From Squalus acanthias (taxonomy: Eukaryota): a stretch of 64,000 nucleotides of DNA. The notes under the pieces are model-generated. The model did not search any database. It was given only the letters and a program-made list of their open reading frames with translations, and was not told the DNA's origin. The stretch covers positions 156,614,001 to 156,678,000 of the forward strand of contig CM059431.1 in assembly GCA_030390025.1 (NCBI GenBank). Reading direction: 5' to 3'. Position numbers and translations under genes: made by a program. Positions 1 to 12,620 of the stretch are shown here, one piece after another (positions within the stretch are counted from its first letter, which is position 1; the number at the start of each line of letters is the position of its first letter).

Positions 1-99
1 TGGAACATTCTCTGGTCGAAGGGGATAAACCTTAGCTTCTACAATACATTATTGTGAATCTGACAGACGTTGATGGTGATTCACAGACAATCTGGAATT

Positions 100-870
100 C
101 TGCTAGGTGTGCATGTGGCTCCACAGTTGATCGGTATTCTTCCAGGTACTGCTGGGGTTTCACAGTGTGTTAGGATTCTACCAGGTGACTATGTGGATTC
201 AGAGTGTATCAGCATCCGTCCAGGTGTGTATGGGTTTTCACAGCATATCAGGACCCTTATATGTGTGTATGGGTTTTCAGATAATCATGATCCTGCCAGG
301 TGTGTCTGGGGTTTCACAGTGTATCAGGATCCTGCCAGGTGTGTACCAGGTTTCACAGTGTATTCGGTTCCTGCCAGGTGTGTATTGGGTTTCCCAGTTT
401 ATCGGTATCCTGCCAGGTGTGCAAGGGTTTCATAGTGTATCGGGATCCTGACAGGTGTGTGTGGGTTTTCTCATTGCATCAGGATCCTTCCAGGTGTGTA
501 TGGGATTTCACAGTGTATCGGGATCCTGCCAGGTGTGCAAGGGTTTCACAGTGTATCAGGATCTTACCAGGTGTGAAGGTGGTTTCAAAGTTTTTCAGGA
601 TCCTGCCATGTGTGTATGGGATTTCACAGTGCATCAGGATCCTGTCTGGTGTGCAAAGGCTTCGCAGTGTATCAGGATCCTGCCAGGTGTGTATGGTGTT
701 CAACTGTGTATCAGGATCCCGTCAGGTGTGTATGGGATTTCATAAGATAACTGATACCTGCAAGAAATGTATGGGGTTTTAGTGTATATTAGGATTCTGA
801 CAGTTGTGTATGAAGATTCGGATTCTATCGAACCCTGCCAGGTTTGTATGGGGTCTCACTGTTTATCAGA
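100..870. repeat. Degenerate 39-bp minisatellite (consensus ~CAGTGTATCAGGATCCTGCCAGGTGTGTATGGGGTTTCA)
   Basis: CCAGGTGTG recurs at ~296, 335, 374, 413 (39-bp period); same unit at ~15.9-17.6 kb and ~44.5-44.8 kb. Confidence 0.9.
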
Positions 871-874
871 ACCC

Positions 875-1186
875 AATCATTTTCTGCCCCTGCCAAAATA
901 CAGAAACGGCTATTATCAAAATCACAAAATACATCTTTTGTGACTGTAGCAAATGTAAACTATCTCTCCTTGTTCTTCTCGACCTGTCTGCAGCCTTTGA
1001 CACTGTTGACCTCTCCTTATAAAACGCCTCTCCACCGTCGTCCAGCTGGGTGGGACTGCACTCGACCGATAACATTCTTATCTCTCTAATCGAAGACAGA
1101 GAAACACCTGCAATGGCTGTTCTTCCCGCTCCCGCACCGTTACCTCTGGTGCAGCCCCCTCCCAGGGATTTATCGCTGGCCCCCTC
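875..1186 (+). mobile_element. L2-clade LINE reverse transcriptase fragment
   Basis: Encodes TETAIIKI...LLVLLDLSAAFDTVD, a typical L2/CR1-group RT motif; degenerate. Confidence 0.7.
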
Positions 1187-2390
1187 CTCATAGAGTCATA
1201 GATTCATAACGGCACAGAACGAGGCCGTTCGGCCCATCGAGACCGTGCCGTCTCTCTGTATATCAATTCATTCACTCCCATTACCCCGCTCTATCCCCAT
1301 GGCCCTGCAAGCTTATTTCCCTCAAGTGCCGATCAAATTTACCCTGAAAAACATTGAGTGTCTCCGCTTCCAACACTTCCGTCGGCAACGATTTCCAGGC
1401 CCTCACCAATCGCTGTGTAAAAAAGTTTTTCCCACATCACCCCTGTAACTCATGCCCACAACCTTGAATCTGTGTCCCCTAGTCCTTGTATCCACTAATA
1501 GTTGAAACAGCCTTTTCCCGTCTAACCTATCCAAAACCGTCATAATCTTGTACACCTCCAACAAATCAACTCTTTCCTCCTTTGCTCTAATGAAAACAAA
1601 TCCAACTTTTCCAACCTGTCCTTGTAGCTCACATACCCCTTCCCCGGAACCATTCTAGTAAATCTCTTCTGCACCCTCTCAAGGGCATTCACATCCTTCA
1701 TAATGTGAGGTGAACAGAACTGGACACAATACTCCAGTTGTGGCAGGACCAGCGCTTTATAAAGATTCAGCATAACTTCTTTACTTTGTACTGAATACCT
1801 CTGTTTATGAAGAGCAAGATTCCATGTACTTTGTACACAACTCTCTCAATATGTCCCGCCACCTTCAGGGACCAATTCACATTAACTCCCAGGTCCTTCT
1901 ATCCCTGCACACTCTTAAAAATTGTGCCATTAAGTATATATTGCCTCTCTCTGTGTCTTCTGCCACAATACATCACCTCACACTTTTCTGTATCAAATTC
2001 CATCTACCACTTCTCTGCGCATTCTGCAAGCCTTTCCAGGTCCTGTTTCAGTCGATTGGTATCATCATCACTTTTTGCCACACCCGAAGTTTGATGTCAT
2101 CGGCAAATTTAGAAATTCTGCTTTGTATTCCAGTATCCAGGTCATTTATATATATTTAAAAAAGCAGTGGCCCCAGCACTGACCTTTGGGGAACACCACT
2201 GTCTCCCAGCCTCCAGTCTGAAAAACAGCCATTTACAATAACTCGCTGTTTTCTGTCCTTAAGCCAATTCCTTATTCAACCTGCCACTGACCCACATATT
2301 CCATGAGCCTCAATTTTGGTAACCATCCTTCCATATGGTATTTTGTCAAACGCCTTCCGCAAATCCATGTAAACAACTGCTCCTTTTATC
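1187..2390 (-). mobile_element. 5'-truncated CR1 LINE (RT C-terminus and 3' UTR)
   Basis: Minus-strand YKALVLPQLEYCVQF..ERVQKRFTRM and LRKAFDKIPY motifs; microsatellite tail at ~1187-1210. Confidence 0.9.
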
Positions 2391-2407
2391 TGCTCCGCTC
2401 TCGCTTT

Positions 2408-2659
2408 GCTCCCTCCAGGTCCGCTCCTTCCGATCTCAGAAGTGGGAATGTTCGCTGATGATTGCACAGTGTTCAGTTCCATTCGCTACTGCTCAGATAA
2501 TGAAGCAGTCTATGTCCGCATGCAGCAAGACCTGGACGACATTCAGGCTTGCCATAAGTGGCAAGTAATATTCACGCCACACAAGTTCCAGGCAATGACT
2601 ATCTCCAACAGGATTGCATCTAACCTCCGCCACTTGGCATTCAATGGCATTAACATCTT
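2408..2659 (+). mobile_element. Older LINE (CR1/L2 group) RT fragment, 5' part, interrupted by the CR1 at 2660-5541
   Basis: MFADDCTVF (YADD-like) motif; sequence resumes at 5542 after a repeated ACATCTT. Confidence 0.7.
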
Positions 2660-5541
2660 AGTCATAGAGTCATAGACATAGAGTTATACAGCACAGAAAT
2701 AGGGCCTTCGGCCCATCGTGACCGCGCCGGCCATCTATTCTAATCCCATTTTCCAGCATTGGTCCGTAGCCTTGTATGCTACGTCGTTTCATGTGCTCAT
2801 CTAAATGCTTCTTCAATGTTGTGAGATTTCCTGCCTCTAAGATCCTTTCAGGCAGTGAGTTCCAGATTCCAACTACGCTCTGGGTGAAAAAGTTTCTCCT
2901 TAAATCCCTTCTAAACCTCCTGCCCCTTACCTTGAAACTATGTCCCCTGGTTAGTGCCACCTCTACAAAGGGGAAAAGTTCCTTTCTATCTACCCTATCT
3001 ATGGCCAACATAATTTTGTACAACTTAATCAAGTCCCCTCTCAGAATTCTCTGCTTTGAGGAAAACAACCCCAACCTGTCCAGTCTCTCTTCATAGCTGA
3101 AGCGCTCCAGCCCAGGTAACATCCTGGTGAATATGCTCTGCATAATTTCCAATGCAATCACATCATTCCTATAGTGGGTGGACCAGAACGGCAAAAAGTC
3201 TACCAGCTGTGGTCTAACTAGCGCTTTGTACAGCTCCATCGTTTTCATTCTGCACTTATATTATATGCCTCGACTAATGAAGGCAAGTATCCCATTTAAC
3301 TTTTTAACCAACTTATCTACCTGTCCTTCTGCCTTCAGGGATCTATGTACATACACCACAATGTCCCTCTGATCCTCTGTCCTTCCTAGGATCCTACCAT
3401 TCATTGTGTATTCCCTTGCCTTGTTAGTCCTCCCAAAATGCATCACCTCACGCTTTTCAGGGTTTAATTCCGTTTGACACTGCTGTGCCTATCTGACCAA
3501 CCCGTCTATATTGTCCCGAAGCCTGAGGCTTCCCTCCTCGCTCTTTACCACCCCACCAATTTTTGTGTAATCTGTGAACTTACTGATCATACCTCCAACA
3601 TTCATATCTAAGTCATTAATGTACTCTACAAACAGCAAAGGACCCAGCACCGATACCTGTGGTGCACCACTGGACACAGGTTTCCAGTCACAAAAACAAC
3701 CTTCAACCATCGCCTCCTGCCACTAAGTCAATTTTGGAACCAATGTGCCAAATTGCCCTGGATCCCATGGGCTGATACCTTCTTGACCACTCTCCCATGC
3801 GGGACTTTCTCAAAAGCCTTACTGATGTCCATGTAAACTATATCAACTGCATTACCCTCATCCATACACCTAGTCACCCCCTCGAAAAATTGAATCAAAT
3901 TGGTCAGAAATGATCTCCCCCTGACAAAGCCAAAGCTGACTATCCTTGATTAATCCTTGCCTCTCCAATGGAGACTAATTCTGTCCCTCAGAATTGTTTC
4001 CAATAATTCCCCTACCACTAATGTTAGGCTCACTGGTCTGTAATTCCCTGGCTTATCCCTACTATCCTTCTTGAATAATGGCACTACGTTAGCTGTAATC
4101 TAGTCCTCTGGCACCTCCCCTGTGGCCAGAGAGGTTCAGAAAATTTGTGACAGAGCCCCAGCAATCTCCTCCCTTGCCTCACACAGCAGTGTGGGATACA
4201 TCTCTTCTCGGCCTGGGGGTTTATCCACTTTTAAGCTCGCTAAAACCGCGAGTACCTTCTCCCTCTCAATACTAATTTGTTCAAGTATATCAGAATACCC
4301 CTGCCTGATTTATATGCCTACATCGTCATTCTCCATCATGAATACAGATGCAAAATATTAATTTAAAACCTTAACCACATATTCCGGCTTTACACACAGA
4401 TTTCCACGTTGGTCCATAATGGGCCCTATTCTTTCCCTGGGTATCCTCTTGCCCTTAATATACTTATAAAATACCTTGGGATTTTCCTTTATTATGCTCA
4501 CCAGTGTTTTTTCATGCGTCCTCTAGGCTCTCCTATTTTGTTTTTACATACCCCCTTCACTTTCTATACTCCTCTAGGGCTTCCACTGTTTTAAGTCCTT
4601 TGTATCTGCCAAAATCCACCTTTTTTTTCCTAATCCATTCTTGAATATCCCTAGACATCCAGGGTTCCCTGGGCTTGTTGGTCCCACCTTTGACCTTTAC
4701 GGGAACATGTTGGCATTGTACTATCTCTACTTCCTTTCTCAAAGACTCCCACTGCTCTGATGTGGATTTTCCTAAAAGTAGCTGATCCCAGTCCACTTTG
4801 GCCAGATCATGCCTTATCATATTTAAATCGGCCTTCCCCCAATTAGAACCTTTATTTCCGGACCATCTTTGTCCTTTTCCATGATTACCTTGAATCTCAC
4901 CGAATTATGGTCACTGTCAACAAAATACTCTCGTACTGACACTTCTACCACTTGCCCGGCTACATTCCCTAAAAATAGTTCCAGTACTTCCCCCTCCCTT
5001 GGAGAACTATCTACATGCTGGCTCAAAAAGCTCTCCTGGATGCACTTTAAGAAATCGTACCCTCTAAGCCTTTCACACTCTGACTATCCCAGTTAATATT
5101 GGGGAAGTTGAAATCCCCTACTATTAATACCCTATTATTTCTACACTTCTCTGAGATTTGGCTACATATCTGTTCCTCTATCTCCCCCTGACTCTTTGGG
5201 GGCCTATAGTGCACTCCCAGCAAAGTGTTTGCCCCCTTTCTATTTTTAAGTTCCACCCATATGGCCTCATTAGGGGAAACTGCTTAGATATCATCCTTCC
5301 TTTAAACTTTAACTGACACCTTGATTAATATTGCGACAACCCCTCATCTTTTACTCCCCCCTCTGTCTCGCCAGAAGATTCTATAACCCGGAATACTGAG
5401 CTTCTAGTCCTGCCCCTCCCTCAACCATGTCGCTGTGATAGCAATAATATCATACTCCCATGTGATCATCAAGGCCTTCAATTTCTCTGCATTACTCGCA
5501 AGACTCCTTGCATTAAAATAAATGCCAGTCAGCCTTGCCAT
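2660..5541 (-). mobile_element. CR1 LINE ORF2 (APE endonuclease and RT), degenerate, 5'-truncated
   Basis: Fragments with VHYRPP, IVGDFNFP, DSDHN, GPLLF and RPQL motifs; tail at 2660; ACATCTT on both sides (2653-2659, 5542-5548) as a probable target duplication. Confidence 0.92.
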
Positions 5542-6215
5542 ACATCTTGGGAGTAAACATTTTCCAGAAACTTAACTTGACCAGCCCCTTACATTTGTGG
5601 CTACAAGTGCAGGGTAGAGGCCGGCTATTCTGCGGTGAGGGTCTCACCTAAAGCCACAAGTCAGGAGTGTGATGGAATACTCTTGAATTGCCTGGATGAG
5701 TGCAGCTGGTACAACACTGAAGAAACTCGACAGAACCAGTACGAAGCAGCCCGCTTGATCGGCACTCTATCCAACACCTTAAACGTTCACTCCCTCCATC
5801 ACCGGCACACCGTGTCTGAAGTGTATACCAACCAAAAGATGCACTGGAGCTCGCCAGGGATTCTTCGACAGTACCTCCCAAAACCAGCGACCTTCACTAC
5901 CGAGAAGGACAACGGCAGCAGTCGCATGGGAACCCCATCACCTGCAAGTTTCCCTCCAAGTCACACAACATTCGGACTTAGAAATATATCGTCATTTCTT
6001 TATGGTCGCTCGGACAAAACATGTCGTCATTCCTTCATCGTCGCTGGGACAAAATCCTTGAACTCCCTCCATAACAGCACTGTGGGTGAAGCTTCACCAC
6101 ACTGATTGCAGTTGCTCAAAAGGCGGCTCACCACCACCTTCGCAAGGGCAGTTAGGGGTTTACAATAAATGATGGCCTTACCAGTGAGGCCCACATCCCA
6201 GTAGCGAATGAAAAA
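5542..6215 (+). mobile_element. 3' part of the older LINE begun at 2408
   Basis: Continuation after ACATCTT; RT C-terminal remnants (AARLIG, HSLHHR); ends in an A-rich stretch. Confidence 0.65.
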
Positions 6216-6239
6216 AATGTAATTGTGTATCTAGATGGG

Positions 6240-7000
6240 GTATGCAAAGCGTCAGAGTAATCTGGTCTATTGAGCCAGCAGAGGAACAGATTCCCCTGCT
6301 GCAATTGGGCCTGTAGAGTCTGAACGTACCTTGGCAGAGGGTCACAGTAGCTTGTCTATTTCATCTGTAGATGGTTGGAGTGCCGTAGGTTATGTAGAGA
6401 ACCAGAATATCTTGGGATATTGGGCCTGCAGAGGGTCAGAGTACCCAGCAATTATGAACCTGCAGAGGCTCAGACTCCCGTCATCCACAGAGCATCAGTG
6501 GGCCCTCGGCAACGGGAAGGTAGAGGCGGGATTTATCCTGCAGAGGTTCAGCATACCTGCTGCAATTGGGACTGAAGAAGCTCAGATTAGCTTGGGCCAT
6601 GGGCCTGCTAGGGGAGAAGTGTACCCTGGGCAATCGAGCCTGCAGAGGCGCAAACTACCATGAAGTATTGTGTGTGTAGAGTTTGTGAGGACTCTGGGCT
6701 ATGTGACGGTCAGATTTGCCTGGGCTATGGAAAGGGTCAGAGTGCCCAGGGATATTCAGAGGATCAGAGTTCCCTCAGCTATTGGTTTTGTCGAGGATCA
6801 GAGTACCATGAGCAATATAGAGGTTCAGATGCCATGGAATCATGGGTCTGTAGAGGTATAGAGTAGCTGTGCTATTGGGCCAACACAGTATCAGAGTACC
6901 CTAGGCTATTGATCCTGCAGTGGGTCCGAATTCGCTGCGCTATTGGGCCTACAGCGGCTCAGAGCTATTGAGCCTACAGAGAAAACGTGTACCCTGGACT
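6240..7000. repeat. Degenerate ~34-bp minisatellite (~GCTATTGGGCCTGCAGAGGGTCAGAGTACCCTGG)
   Basis: CTATT recurs at ~6872, 6906, 6940; GGGCCTGCAGAGG/CAGAGTACC motifs repeat throughout. Confidence 0.8.
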
Positions 7001-7439
7001 ATGCAACGTTAGTTGGCACCCAGGATGGAGAGGCACCAGAGTTTGCAGGTGCGCCCCATTTGTAGAGGGGCTATCAATCAGCCATGCCTCCCTCTCCTGA
7101 TCACTATCTCGTGGCCACTGCTTAAAACTACAATTGAGTTTCTGTCTTTGCTGAATCCATCGTCTCGAATTTACTCTCCCTCACAGAACATGTGGTGTAA
7201 TCTAACACTAAAGAACACAAGGAAGAGGGACTGCACGTGTTTCAGCTTCAGTTGGATCCGGGCCATTTGGTGAAAGACTAACCTTCTGAGTGTACGGGAG
7301 GTAACTACGTAAAGTTGTATATGTGTACATTTTGTCCCGCTTTTGGTGAGTGTCCATCTTTCCAGAGACTTCAGGACATTGTCGACGCCGGCACTCCAGT
7401 GTACTGTCCAGAACATTGGACACATCTCCCCAGCTCTTC

Positions 7440-7570
7440 TTTCAAATTTTGTCATTGGATCATTTAAATCCAGCTGAGAAGGGAGACGTGGCTTTGATTT
7501 AATGTCTAATCCAAGAGATGGCACCTCAGACAGTGCAGCGCACCCTCAGTTCTGCGCTGAAGTGACAGCA
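7440..7570 (-). mobile_element. Ancient SINE fragment resembling the Deu-domain (DeuSINE/SacSINE-like)
   Basis: GATGGCACCTCAGACAGTGCAGCGCACCCTCAGT resembles, from memory, the reverse complement of the Deu-domain core. Confidence 0.45.
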
Positions 7571-8479
7571 AATATACATCGCACCCCGTCTGTAACCTTA
7601 TCTCCAACTTGCCACAATATTACCGTGAAGAACTCGCCTCTGAGTTACTTATACAATTTAACTCACAAACGTACAGCCCGTATCTACTAGACACTTCGTG
7701 AAACTCGGGAAGACGCTCCACCTGTGACTCATGTTTCTCACTGTCAGACCTGCAGGATGTCGCCAAAATCAGTTTATTTACACTTTATTTGTGTCGTGAG
7801 CATTCCAGCACTGCCGATTGAATGACATCATTCTGAGCAGTGCAATCCATAATCCCTTTCTAACTTGCATAAATAAATCAGTACACGCACATGTAATTCA
7901 GTCTCCAGTTTATTTTATTATTATTTTAATAATTCGTGTATTAGATGTTTTTGTAATACATTAAAAATTCTTATGTCTCTATGCAGGTACATTATACATT
8001 CTGATGTCCACATTTCTGTTTGACGCTGTGGCTATCTTTCTTAAGCTTTAATTACACCCTCTGCCCAGTGGAGGCGCTGCAGAACCTCCCGATTACATTG
8101 TCCAACTCCATGATCCATGGCATCAGTGAATTCTATCTCTCTGCAAGCTAAATTATCTATATTTGTGTTATGATGTATAAAATGTAATATAAAATCTAAA
8201 TATTAATATACAAATAAGTCGAATGCACGCCTTTGAAATTGGGACTGAATTAAATCTTTCCACCACTGGTAATAACACCTGTTTACTTCAGGAATTCGAC
8301 TTCACGACAACATTCTTGCCTCTGTGTCACAAGGTGCAGAGTTTCATCACCAATCGCAGCGAGCTGAGACCTGAGCTCCGGCTCTGAATTCTGTGATAAC
8401 ATCCAGCGGGATACTCCTCATTGAACAGTAGAACCATTACCGGCACCTGCTGTCATAAAAAAATGGGAGCATTGGCTAT

Positions 8480-8830
8480 CTTCTAAAACTGTTGAACTCA
8501 GTGTTGAGTCCGGAAAGTGGCAAAGTGCATAATCAAAAGATGATGTGCTATTCCTCGAGCTTCTGATTTTCTTCATTGCCCGTGTACAAAGAGGTCACTG
8601 TGAGATGGATAATTAAAATGGCAAGCGACCGGAAGCTCAGGGTCACACTCACGGAGTGAACAGGTGTGTTCACCAAAGCGATTACTGATTGTGCACTTGG
8701 TCTCCCCACTGTAGCGGAGACCAAATTCTGAACAGGGAATACAGTGTAATGCAGTGAAAGAAGTGCTTGTATATCGCTGTTGAACCTGGAAGGATTATTT
8801 GGTTCACTTGGCAGTGGTAAGGGAAGAAAT
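8480..8830 (-). mobile_element. Old Penelope-like element, GIY-YIG endonuclease remnant
   Basis: Minus strand reads SFQVQQRYTSTS..LHCIPCSEFGLRYSGETKCTISNRFGEH, matching the PLE GIY-YIG pattern (VYCIxC..LYIGETKR..RFxEH). Confidence 0.65.
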
Positions 8831-8967
8831 GCATTTACTGAGCTTAATTATGTTGTTTGTTCTCTCTGGAGCACGTCCCGACAACCTGTTTAAAAATGCA
8901 ACTGATTCTGTAGTTTATCACCTAATTAATATATTTGCACAAAACATTCTTCATGAAAAGCAATTCT

Positions 8968-9055
8968 TTATTCTGTAATTACAGTCAAATGATCCGATAC
9001 ATTGACCGACTTCAGAATTTTCAGTCCTTCTGCAGATAATTGATTGTTTGTCAAA
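8968..9055 (-). CDS. NLR terminal LRR exon (S/LTNNQLSAEGLKILKSVNVSDHLTVITE*)
   Basis: Acceptor tttttcag at 9056-9057, LxxNxL LRR motif, TAA at 8968-8970. Confidence 0.8.
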
Positions 9056-9299
9056 CTGAAAAATATTAAAATAACGAAAAAATTATTAGCAATCAGGAGT
9101 GGATTCTTCCGTTCACTGTCAGCACTGATATTATTAAATTCATTCGAAATAAATGTGTTTAATCATTTAAGGAGATAAATTCTCCACAATAAAATGATTT
9201 CATTTTTCCCATATCAAGTCCATTCCAATTAAAATACCGAAAATGCATTTTACACGTGAAAGAAGATTTAATTAATCAATAGATAACCCGGAAACTCAC

Positions 9300-9491
9300 C
9301 TGATTTCCTTGAGATTAGCTCTACTCTTGATGAGACGGCGCATTGACGGAACAGAATCGTCAGTCAGTCTGTTGGCCTGATCGTCATCCTGTTTGTCATT
9401 ACTCAGATCCAGTTTCATCAGTGAACCGTTTGCACGGAGGGCAGAGACCAGATTTTTCATGCAATCATCTGTGAGATCGTTAGCTTTTAAC
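9300..9491 (-). CDS. NLR LRR exon, 192 bp (LKANDLTDDCMKNLVSALRANGSLMKLDLSN...NRLTDDSV...LKEI)
   Basis: ttgcag acceptor, AG|gtgagt donor, phase 2-2, RI-like LRR consensus. Confidence 0.9.
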
Positions 9492-9759
9492 CTGCAATGA
9501 TAGAAAAATAAACAGAAATTATATAAAACGTGCAAACATTAATATATACATCACTTGCTAATAATTACTGTGAAATTCCATTATCGCATGCAGAAAACTT
9601 TTTATGAAAAATGAATGTTTTTCCTGTTTCTAAATAATTTCCGTCTTAATGTAAATTAAATAGTGAGCTGCCTGAACATCAGCCACACACTAAATAGAAT
9701 TATTATAGATAAATAACTTTCTAGTTGTGCTGTTCGATATTTTAAACATAATTACTCAC

Positions 9760-9846
9760 TCCAGTCGCCGTATTTTACAATAATTTTTCTTCAGAACGGC
9801 AGAGAGCCGTTTCACTCCCGAATCTCCCAGTTTATTCTCATTGAGT
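9760..9846 (-). CDS. NLR LRR exon, 87 bp (LNENKLGDSGVKRLSAVLKKNYCKIRRLE)
   Basis: tttag acceptor, GA|gtgagt donor, phase 2-2, classic LGDSGVK RI-like LRR; too short for the ORF track. Confidence 0.9.
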
Positions 9847-10719
9847 CTAAACACAAATAAACAATATCTGTAATTAACAGGTAGCAATGCAACAGATAGG
9901 AAATATTCGTAATTAAATAATGCATTTAACGTGGGACGCTTTGGGCATCCAAGACGCGAATATAAGACCCGTAATTCAAATTCAATTCTATGACTTGCTT
10001 TAAATTATTGAGATATAGCGCATGCGGTCAAATCAGTGACGATCACAAAGTATAATTGTTTTACCGGAAGTTACTCTATTGCCCCTGGTCATGATTTAGC
10101 CATAGATTATAAAATTATTTCTTTTAAAGTAGGCACTGAGTGGTTGGAAGATTAAATGCTGCAAATCGTAGTCTGTAACGAAGAGGAATCCACGACATAT
10201 GTCTCTCACAAGACGATTCTCTTCATTAAAAGGCGAATTTAAGGTAAAATTGGAGACCGTCCCTTTGATCTTGTCTCTATTTTAGGAAAGTTATCTATTT
10301 GATACATTGAGGTTCACAAATGCTCTTAAATCATCCACAAGTCTATTGGAGAATCCACTGATGGGGATTGTAACAGATCGCTCGAATGTGCATCAGAGCA
10401 GGTGGAATGACATTGCCTCTCACTTTTCTTCCCTCCGGACCTCTGATGATGCCTTGGCACAGCAGTACGGCTGCAGAGAGTACTCAGAATTTGAGGAATC
10501 GCTGACGCGAACTCACATCTAACTGTCTCACTTGGCATCATTGAGCTTAACAACAACATTATTGTTTCGGCAAATCTGATATGATCGAGGAACTGGGAAA
10601 TTTAGAAAAGTACAGTTAAATCTCGGTTATAAATTATTCAAACTGCAAAATATAACAATGTTGTTTGTTTACAGTTTAAAATAAAACAGATATTATGTCA
10701 CTGACAATGTGCCAGTGGC

Positions 10720-11020
10720 ACAAGGGTCAGCAAGCAGAGGACATCGATTTAAGGTAATTGGCTAAAAAGCAGGAGGTGACATGAGGAAAAACATTTATGG
10801 AGCGAGTTGTTGTGATCTGGAATGCCCTGCCTGAAAGACTGGTGGGATCACATTCAGTAGTAGCTTTCCAAAGTGAATTATATAAATACTTGAAACGGAT
10901 TAGTATGCAGGTCTATGGGGAAATACAGGGAGGGGGACTAATTGGATAGCTCTTTCGAAAAACCGGCACTAGCACGATGGGTTCTACGGCCTCCTTCTAT
11001 GCTGTACGATTCTGTGAATC
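10720..11020 (+). mobile_element. CR1 3' end fragment
   Basis: RGHRFK / WNALP-type remnants and a CR1 3' UTR with tail. Confidence 0.75.
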
Positions 11021-11149
11021 TGTGAAATGGCGTAGTTTCCCCAATATATCATGATTAAAGGGTAGGGGAATATATCTTCCTGATTAAACGGATTCTCCGG
11101 TTGTTGCAAAGAGTGCGATGGATTCCAATGTAAAATTGCCAACGTCCAA

Positions 11150-12405
11150 TCTACATAGATACATAGAACAGTACAGCACAGTACAGGCCCTTCGGGCCTC
11201 GATGTTGTGCCGAGCATTGTCCGAGACCAAGATCAATCTATCACACTCCCTATCACTCTGGTGTGCTCCTTGTGCTTATCCAATAACCGCTTGAAAGTTC
11301 CTAAAGTGTCCGACTCCACTATCACAGCAGGCAGTCCATTCCACACCCCAACCACTCTCTGAGTAAAGAATCTACCTCGGACATCCCTTCTATATCTCCC
11401 CCCATGCACCTTATAGTTATGCCCCCTTGTAACAGCTGCCTCTACCCGAGGAAATAGTCTCTGAACATCCACTCTATCTATCCCCCTCATCATCTTATAA
11501 ACCTCTATTAAGTCGCCTCTCATCCTCCTCCGCTCTAAAGAGAAAAGCCCCAACTCCCTCAATCTTTCCTCATAAGACCTCCCCCCCCAAACCAGGCAGC
11601 ATCCTGGTAAATCTCCTTTGCACTCTTTCCAATGCTTCCACGTCCTTCCTATAGTGAGGTGACCAGAACTGCACACAATATTCCAAATGTGGTCTCACCA
11701 AGGTCCTGTACAGTTGCAGCATAACCTCACGGTTCTTAAACTCAAACCCTCTGTTAATAAACGCTAACACACCATAGGCCTTCTTTACTGCTCTATCCAC
11801 TTGAGTGGCAACCTTCAGAGATCTGTGGATATTAACCACCAGATCCCTCTGCTCCTCCACGTTCCTCAGAACCCTGCCGTTGACCCTGTAATCATTATTC
11901 AAATTTGCCCTACCAAAATGAATCACCTCGCACTTATCAGGGTTAAATTCCATCTGCCATTTTTCGGCCCAGCTCTGCATCCTATCAATGTCTCTTTGCA
12001 GCCTACAACTGCCCTCCACCTCATCCACTGCTCCACCAATCTTGGTGTCATCAGCAAATTTACTGATCTACCCTTCAGTCCCCTCCTCCAAGTCATTGAT
12101 AAAAATCACAAACAGCAGAGGACCCAGCACCGACCCCTGTGGCACACCGCTGGTAACTGGTCTCCAGTCCGAAAATGTTCCATCCACCACCACCCTCTGC
12201 CTTCTATGAGATAGCCAGTTACTTATCCAATCGGCCAAATTTCCCTCTATCCCACAACTCCTTACTTTCTTCATGAGACGACCATGGGGAACCTTATCAA
12301 ATGCCTTACTAAAATCCATGTATACGACATCAACTGCTCTACCTTCATCTACACATTTAGTTACCTCCTCAAAGAATTCAATCAAATTTGTTAGGCAAGA
12401 TCTAA
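11150..12405 (-). mobile_element. Relatively young 5'-truncated CR1 LINE in an NLR intron
   Basis: [35 protein letters not shown] motifs; few disruptions. Confidence 0.95.
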
Positions 12406-12620
12406 TTAAATGAGCAGCGCAGCAATTTTAGGTATTACCCGAACAGACACTCCGGTGCCGTGTCTAACGGTTCAATTTAGCACAGCAGAGAGTGGAATGA
12501 GTGAATGTGTTCATTAATTCATCGAATTCAATGTATGTTGTTGCTTTTACCTAAAATTATCCCACGTGCCATTAAAACAGTAGTTGTTTATAATGCTATT
12601 TAACGTATTCGGTGAATTAC

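Noticed and set aside
70..782. Several overlapping Cys/Val/Gly-rich ORFs (also at 15.9-17.5 kb)
   Set aside because: Products of the 39-bp minisatellite, whose period is a multiple of 3; repetitive in all frames
100..870. CRISPR-like appearance of regularly spaced repeats
   Set aside because: No unique spacers, no cas genes, eukaryotic context
8060..8078. CTCF-like motif CCCAGTGGAGGCGC
   Set aside because: Spacing is one base short of the core consensus; no supporting evidence
10100..10560. Non-repetitive-looking intronic segment with small ORFs on both strands, possible extra LRR exon
   Set aside because: No LRR consensus or other recognisable motif; flanking exons already join in frame
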